From assembly GCA_963845515.1 (NCBI GenBank), contig CAWJSR010000055.1, positions 64,001 through 128,000 on the forward strand: a DNA stretch of 64,000 nucleotides, written 5' to 3'. Below are positions 56,761-64,000 of this stretch, in pieces (the first letter of the stretch is position 1; every line of letters starts with the position of its first letter). The position numbers were made by a program, and so were the translations under genes. The notes under the pieces are model-generated. The model was not told the DNA's origin and did not search any database. It saw nothing but the letters and a program-made list of their open reading frames with translations. The DNA is from an uncultured delta proteobacterium (GTDB lineage: Bacteria; Myxococcota; Myxococcia; Myxococcales; Anaeromyxobacteraceae).

Positions 56761-58059
56761 TCACGAGCCAGCCGGCTCGGGCACCACCACAGCGCGCGCA
56801 CGGAACCCCGCGCTGTCCAGGATCTGGCGCGCGATGCGCGACATGAAGCCCATCGTGCAGAAGACGACGATCTCGCGGTCGCGCGGAAGCTCGGCAAGCC
56901 GATCAGGCAGCCGCGCGATGGGGATGTGCCGCGCCCACGCCGGCCTCGACCCCTCGTTGTCCCTCACGTCCAGTATGAGGGGCGCGGACGGACCGCCATC
57001 CTGATGCCACAACCGCATGAAGTCGCCTTGGCAGATCACGCCCACGCCGGCCAAGCACGGGACCAGATCCCGGGACGCGGCCGGGACCACCAGCGCCCGT
57101 CCCAAGCCACGCCAGGCCTCGATGCCGCCCTCCAGGATCTTCACGTGGACCTGCTCCCGGAAGCCGTCCGGCTGGACCCGCCGAATCGCTGCTGCCGCGG
57201 CGGCCGCGGCGGGATCGCGCGCGTCGCGCCCGACCACGACGAAGGTCGGCATCCCGAACCCGACGACGTCCGCGCGCGCGATCGTCTCCGCCCTGCTCGC
57301 GATGGCTCGCGGCAGGGTCCCACGCGCGACCTCCTCCGCAGGCCTCACGTCCAGCACGAGAGTGTTCTCGGTCTCGAGCCAGCTCGCGACGTCCTTCGCG
57401 CTGACGAACGCCGGCCGGGTCGCGGCCTCCCACTCGCGCATGCCTCCCCGAAACACCCGGGCGCTCGTATGGCCGATCCGCAGCGCCGCCCGCAGCGCCT
57501 CGACCGGGCGCGAGTCCTGGTGCGAGTCGCCGTAGAACACGATCGGCGTGGCGCGCTCCCGGGGCAAGACCGCCTCAAGCCCCCCTCCACCCGGCGCGGA
57601 CAGGGCCCCCTCGATGTGACCGCGAGCGAACGCCGCACGATCGCGGACGTCGACCGGGATCGGCCGCGGGGCGTCGCCACCCCACTCGTCGCCCCCCACG
57701 AACTCCCGCGGGTCGGCCACCAGCTCGGGCGTCGTCCAGACCGTGGGAAGCAGTTCGAGCCAATGAGCGGTTCGCACGCCGTCCTTCATCGAGCCGGGGT
57801 CGAAGCGAACGGTGTCACCCACGCTGAGAAGGTAGACGTCCATCGTGCCGAGCAGCAGTCCGCCCCGCTCGAGCCGAACCACCTCAGTGCGTGACCCGCG
57901 CCCGACCAGGGTGAGGCCATACCGCGAGGTCATCACGACCTCGCCCTCGACGGGCGCCGCCCGCGCCTGGAACGCCGCCGTGAGCCCCGCCACGGCAGCC
58001 GCCGCGGCGAGGGGTCCGGCGATCCAGGCTGAGCGGCGGACGAGTCCTTCCTTCGTCAC
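56761..58059 (-). CDS. Exported multi-domain rhodanese (three repeats, only the last with catalytic Cys)
   Basis: VDVR...F.RGHIEGA, LDVRP.EE..RGTLPRA, LDVR...IVVFCTMGFMS; signal peptide; start uncertain. Confidence 0.8.
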   Translation of the reverse strand: MTKEGLVRRSAWIAGPLAAAAAVAGLTAAFQARAAPVEGEVVMTSRYGLTLVGRGSRTEVVRLERGGLLLGTMDVYLLSVGDTVRFDPGSMKDGVRTAHWLELLPTVWTTPELVADPREFVGGDEWGGDAPRPIPVDVRDRAAFARGHIEGALSAPGGGGLEAVLPRERATPIVFYGDSHQDSRPVEALRAALRIGHTSARVFRGGMREWEAATRPAFVSAKDVASWLETENTLVLDVRPAEEVARGTLPRAIASRAETIARADVVGFGMPTFVVVGRDARDPAAAAAAAAIRRVQPDGFREQVHVKILEGGIEAWRGLGRALVVPAASRDLVPCLAGVGVICQGDFMRLWHQDGGPSAPLILDVRDNEGSRPAWARHIPIARLPDRLAELPRDREIVVFCTMGFMSRIARQILDSAGFRARAVVVPEPAGS

Positions 58060-58060
58060 G

Positions 58061-61000
58061 TCAGTACTCCAGGGTCCGGGCGCCGCGAGTTGGGTTCTTC
58101 CCGCCCTGGTGTGAGGTGCAGCCGCCCCACGTGTCCGTGCTGCTATTGATGAGGTAGCACGTCCCAGTGCCCGCCGTGTTCCAGGTGGTCGGATCGGTGA
58201 CGGTCGCCGTGGTCGTGGGACTGTAGTACCGGTACGACGCGCCGGTCCCCATGAACCTGTACATCTTGGTGGTCGAGCCCGTGGTGAAGACCTGGTACGA
58301 GCCATTCGTGCCGTGGATCGAGCCCAAGCCGAATCCACCGTGACAGCCGAGACAGTTGATGTCGGGAGCGACCGTCCCGTCCGTCGAGGTCAGGTGAGCG
58401 AAGGCACCACCAGGCCCGCTGTAGATCGCCCACTTGGCGCAGGCCTGATGGGCGGCCGTGTTGGAGCCGGTTCCAGTTCCGGTGTTCTCGTAGACGCCCG
58501 CAGCATGACACTTCGAGCAGATGGTCGTCGAGCTGACGGTGCCGCCGCCCGTGGTCGCGGCGTCGGCGCCGCTCTTGTCGCTGAGCATGAACCAGGTGCT
58601 TCGGCTGCCGTGCGCGTTCGACTCGTTGAGGTGGCAGTCGGAGCAGTGCAGCCCCGCCAGCTCGCGCTCCGTGTTGATGGTCTTTCCCTCCATCGTCACG
58701 GTTCCCGCCGTCCACGTTCCCGTCGGAAGGAACGCCGACGTGTAGCGCTTCGTGAACTGGTTCAGGTTGTGATGGCTGGCGAAGCTCTTCCCCGGGGCGT
58801 TTCCGGTGTTGAACTGGCTCTTCACGTCGACCACCCTCGTCCGCTGCGCCTTGACGGTGTTGGACGTGGTCTCCTTGGCATTCGCCAGGGTGTCGGCGAC
58901 GTTGAAGGGCTTCAGGGCGTTTGCCGACCCGGCACCCGGCGCCGTCGCGCCGTAGAGCATGCCGCTCGCCGGCGTCGTCTTGTTGACCGCCACCGCGGCC
59001 GCGCCGCCAAGGTCATGACAGCCCATGCAGAAGCCGTCCATCTTGTTGCGAACCACCGTGCTGGCGGTTCCCTTCGCGAGCAGAGCCTGGCGACTGCCGG
59101 GCCAGGCCACCGCGATCGTGGTGCCGCCGGCGGTGTCGACGTCTCGCAGGTCGATCGTGGTCGTCCCGGTCGTGGACGCCCCGTGGTTGGCGTCGATCGC
59201 CTTGATGCCACCGGCGGTGGTGGAGGACAGGTCGCCCTCCGCGTGACAGAGGATGCAGTCGAAGTTGGTCACGATGAAGCCGCCCGTCCCCGAGACCCCG
59301 TTCGACACGTGCCGGCTCGGCCGGATGAAGTCGTCGCCCGGCTGCCCCAGCGTCGCCGCCGAGTCCGAGATCGTCCGCGGGACCTTGGTGCCCTGTCTCC
59401 GTCCCGTGGCACAGATGCAGTCGCCGCCGCCTGCACGGTCCCGTCGATGTGCTTCGTCGTCGCTGACGCGCCGGTGCCCGTGTAGATGATCTTCCCGGCC
59501 GCGTCCACCGTCTCGGAGTGACACCCGGCGCAGGCCGTCGCGTTGGCCGGAACCGTGCCGTGGGAAGCGCCCGTGGGATTCGGCGGCAACCCGTGGCAGC
59601 TGCCGCAGTCCGCCGTCGCCGCGCCCCAGGTCCAGGTCGTGATGCTCCCCCTCGAGGCCGCGGCCAGTTTGTCGCCGTGGCAGTAGGTGCTCGTGCACGT
59701 GCCAGGGCTCCCCGGCGACCAGCCTGGAGCAGAGCCGCCGAGATTCGCCACGACGGCGTCCGCGAAGCTCACGTCCCGCGTGCCGTTCATGTGGCCGTTC
59801 GTGCGCGTGCCCGCGTGGCACTCCGAGCACTTGATCGGCAGGTAGTTCTGCCCCTCGGCCGTCGTGATCGGCACGACGTGCGCCTGGTGCGGCCCGACGA
59901 TGTTCCCGGTCAACGCCCCGGCCGTGTCCTTCGGCGGCGCCGCCACCAGGTTGGTGTCACCAACCCCGACCGCAGACCCGATGGTGCGGGGAGACGTGCC
60001 GTGGCAGCTCGAGCAGGTCAACGTCCCGTTGTTGCCCCAGACCACCGTATTGGTGCCACCGTGGCACCTCGTAGACGAGCAGGTCTTGGTCGCGGCCGTG
60101 TAGTTGTTGGTCGCGGTGGCGTCCATGTCATAGGCAGCCAGGATGGCGACGTTCCGGACGCCGTCCGTGTGCGCCGAGCCGGCGATCACCGTCCCGGCGG
60201 GGGTCACGTAGCCGGTGTGGCAGTGCTCGCAGTCGGTCGCGCCGCCCGTCGTGTGCACCGCGTGGCTGTTCGCGCTCGGCAGCGTCGCACCGTCGGCGCC
60301 GTCGGGGGCGCCCGTGCTGGTGCTCTTCCCGTGGCACCCGGTGCAGGTGATGGCCGCCCCGCCCCACGAGACGGTGGTGTAGCGCGCCGCGTACGTCGCC
60401 TCGGCGAAGGCCGGGTCACGCCCGGTCGAGTGGCAGTAGTTCGTGGAGCAGCTCGTCGACGCGTAGGCGCCGCTGGCAGCCTGACCGGTCCTGGTCGGGA
60501 ACCCGACGTTCTTCGCGCCATCCACGTGCAGCGCATAGCCGCCCGGGTTGATGAGGGTCGTGTTCGCGCTGACCACCGTGTTGTGGCACTCCACGCACCC
60601 GTAGCCGGTGGCGCCGAGCACCGCCGGCTGGTTCACGTGCTCGTCGTGCGTCGCCGTCGCGAGGGTGGTCTGGATCCCGTGACACTGGGTGCAGGTCCCG
60701 CCGTACGCCGCATCCGTCCACGTCGGCGGCGTCGCGGGTAGGTCGGCGACGCCATGCCGTTCGAGTGGCAGTACACCGTCTGGCATGCGACTGGCCCCGA
60801 CGTACGTGACGCCCGACGTGTTCGGCGCGTCGAACCCGACGTCCTTCTTGTCGTCTGTCCACGTGCTGCGACTCGATCACCGTCGCGTCGGTGTTGATCG
60901 ACGGCGTGTGGCAGCGACGGCAGGTGAATGCGTAGCTCGCGCTGGAGTTGGCGTTGATGTGCTTCGCGTGGGTGGGCGACATCGCGGGGTGGCCGTGTCC

Positions 61001-64000
61001 TTCCCGCCGTGGCATGCAGTGCACGGCAGCGCCGCCTGCGCCGTCCACGTGGGCGCGGGCGTCTGGTACGCGATCGCCGGCGCCGTCGCACCCAATGGAT
61101 CGCCGTTCGAGTGGCAGTAGGTCGCGCACGTCCCCGTCGTCGTCTTGAAGAGGAACCCCGTCGGCACGTGCTGATCGTTCGTCGCCGTGCCGAGCGTGTA
61201 CGGCGTCGCGCCGCTCGTCCAGTCGAAGCCGACGTTCACCGAGAACGGCGTGGACGTCCCGCCCGCGTTGTCGTTGTAGTGGTTCGTCGCCACCGTCGTG
61301 TGGCACTTGCCGCAGTTGTAGCCGTACTGGGTCGCCGTCGAGGCCGGCGTGGTCACGCCATAGGCCGCCGACGCCTCCGCAGCGCCCACGTGGAGGGCGT
61401 GCTCACCGCTCGCCGTCGGGCTCACGTAGTGGCAGTCGTTGCAGCCGGTCGCCTCCTTGAAGGAGTTGTTGTGGGTGTGGCACTTGGTGCAGAGCGCGCC
61501 CTGCATGTGGTTGCTGGTCGTGCCAGCCAGGTAGTACTTGATCGCCGCGTTGGTGTGGCACACCTGGCAGACGCCGTTGAGCCCGTTCGTGGTGTTGTTG
61601 TCCACGTAGTCCAGCGGATCCCACCCGGCCGTCCCGCCCACGATCTCCGAGTTGAACGCGACCCAGTTCGTCGTGAACTCCGTGAGCGGGTCGGGGACGC
61701 CCCAGTTGTTCTGATCCTCCACCGTCTCGTGCGTCTTGATCGGCCTCTCCTGGATCATGTACGCGAGCAGCTTGTTCGCCGCGGAGTAGCTCTGGTCGCC
61801 GTGCGGATCGTGGCAGTCCCAGCAGAACTCCCCGCCCTTGCCGGCTCCCGCAGCCAGGTGATCGGCGCCGTAGTGCGCCGCGGTCACGACGGCGTTTAGC
61901 GCCGTCTTGGAGGTGAGTGGCCCGCCCGCGTCCGGATCGAAGCCCGTCCGGTTCGTCGCGTGGCAGATGAGGCAGTTGCCGTTCTTCCCCCAGCTCAGCC
62001 CCGTGTTCGCCAGGCGGAACGGGTTCGACGGGTCGCCGTGCTGCACGGTCGCCGTGAGCGGGCTCGTGCTCAGCGCGTCCTTCGGCAGGTGGCAGTAGTA
62101 GCACCCCTCCTGCGCCTTCGAGGTGCCGTAGGACATCCCCGGGATCCCGGTGTTTTGGGACATCCCCGCATCCGTGAACGGGCTCATCCTCCCGTGACCG
62201 TAGGTGTTGTAGTCCTCCGGATCGATGAGCGCGATAGGGTCCGTCTTGTACTTGTAGTTGTCGACGTCGCCGTTGGTCGCCCCGGCCGCCGCCATGTGGC
62301 ACTGGGTGCACTGCGGCTCGATGATGATGCCGCCCCACTGCGCAGGCGCGAGCGGGTTGGACAAGTGACAGCTCACGGCGTTGCAGCTCGGCGGCGTCGC
62401 GCCGCTCCGCGGGATGTACGTCTGGATCGTCCCCACCGAGGTGTCGAAGGCGATGTCCACCTTGCCGTCCATGTGCAGCGACGGGTTGGCGATCACGCCA
62501 CCGGCCGCCGTCACCACGTCCTTGTGGCAGTCGTAGCAGGAGTCGGCTCCGCCGATGTGAATGTTGTGGGTGTTCGCCTTGTACGTGTTGACCGTGTCGT
62601 TGTCGTAGTTCGGCTCGCCCGCCTTCGAATCGTACAGGACCCCGTCGCCGACCTTGGTGTACGCGCCGTGGCAGTCGTTGCACCCGCCGAGGTCGGTCGG
62701 CGTCGTCCACGACATGTTCGAGTAGTACTTGTACGGCGCCGCCTCCGACAGCAGCTTCTTCCCAGTCGAGTGGCAGTAGGTCGTGCAGGAGTTGGCGACC
62801 GTGTTCCCCGCGTCCTGGTACTTGAGGCTCCCGGCCGGGTTGCCGTCCACGTTGGACAGGGCGTTCACGTGCAGCGACGTGGACGCGATCGTCGCTCCGT
62901 CCTGGGTCGTCGGGTAGTGGCAGGTCTGGCAGCCCCAGGTCACCCCGTAGACCGACGCCTGGTTGGTGTGGGCGCCGTGCGCCGTGTTCACCATCGTAGT
63001 CCCGTACCCGTGGCACGAAGCGCAGGGCGCCGACGTGTCCCATGCCGCCGCCGAGAAGCCGGACGAGTAGTTCCCGTCACGGTCGATGCCGGGAGAGTGG
63101 CAGTAGGTGTTCGAGCACTTGTGGGCCGCGGCGTCGTAGCCGCCGAGCGAGTTGTTCGGCCCGGTCGCGTCGAAGTTCACGTCTCGGGTCCCGTCCACGT
63201 GCTGGCCGCCGCCGGAGACGATCGCCATGCCGGACGTCACGGTGTTCACGTGGCAGCGCACGCACGCATAGCCGTAGGTCGAGACGTGCTTCTGGTGCTT
63301 CGGCGAGAGCCCCGTCCCGGTGAAGATCGCGGTCTGGTGGCAGCTCGTGCAGCCCAGGTTCGCCCCGTTCGTCCACGCGGGTGAGTCGGGGAGCGAGTCG
63401 GTGCCGCCCAGCGGCCTGGCGTTGGAGTGGCAGTAGACGCTCGTGCACTTGAAGGTCGAGGCCGAGTAGGACGGCGACAGACGGGTGCCGTCCTTTGCGA
63501 TGGAACCCCAGTTGAAGTCGAGCCCTGCGTCCGCGTGGTCGGTGTTCCCGGCAATCGGCAGGACGTGGCACTGCGCGCACGCGATGGCGGCCGTCGCACC
63601 CGTCGCCGACGTCGGCTCGAAGTGGGCCCGGTGGGCGCCGACGCCCTTGACGGTCACGAGGGCATTGCCCGTCGTGTCGACGCCGGTGCCGCCGTAGCCG
63701 GGGGCGGACCTCGTGTCGCCCGGCGGAACGATGGTGCCATCGGCGACGGTCAGGTCGCCGTGGCACGACGAGCAGCCCTTGTTCGGCTTCTGGACCGTCC
63801 CGTTGAGGTGCGTGCCCTTCGCCGCGACCGACAGGCCACCAGTCGAGTACCCAGCCCCGTGGCAGTTCGCGCACGCCGTGTTCTGCGGGTGATCCGCGGC
63901 CACCGCCGAGGAGACCGGAGGCGGCGCCCCGTGGCACGAGGAGCAGCCGATCGCGGTCTCGCTCCTCCAGTCGAAGCTGGCGGCCCCGCCGCCCGCCCCG
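58061..64000 (-). CDS. Giant multiheme cytochrome c, 5' end outside the window; frameshifts near 60780-60990 and 59410
   Basis: ORFs 60877-63903, 59269-60786 and 58061-~59410 join into one chain with about 34 CxxCH, 2 CX3CH and 7 CX4CH (by-eye count); same repeat architecture as 21176-28921. Confidence 0.9.

Overview
Very GC-rich bacterial DNA (codon style and gene content suggest an Anaeromyxobacter-like Myxococcota/deltaproteobacterium; inference). Nearly the whole window is one extracellular multiheme cytochrome island, mostly on the minus strand. It holds three giant Geobacter-type CxxCH/CX3CH/CX4CH cytochromes (<1-2203; 21176-28921, ~33 motifs; 58061->64000, >40 motifs in the window). 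The two whose 5' ends are visible sit in the same three-gene cassette: NHL/PKD protein, pentaheme cytochrome, giant cytochrome. Both cassettes have a matching sigma54-like promoter and tandem upstream sites. Translationally coupled to or interleaved with these are two cytochrome c maturation sets (CcsA + ResB-like), five cobalamin-dependent radical SAM enzymes (one closely BchE-like, four mutual paralogs) and six GT-C-like membrane proteins plus one remnant. Also present are a carbamoyltransferase-SxtJ fusion/SGNH/DUF5989 module, a LuxE-like ligase, a membrane-fused spermidine-synthase-like protein, a triple rhodanese, a CHAP protein and a beta-propeller lipoprotein. A VapBC pair and a Fic gene are inserted. 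The best candidate for an undescribed system is a dedicated maturation and tailoring pathway (heme or protein modification by B12 radical SAMs, plus glycosylation) for giant non-canonical-motif cytochromes. Many genes carry 1-nt indels in patches, probably long-read consensus errors. No rRNA, tRNA, CRISPR array or transposase was seen.
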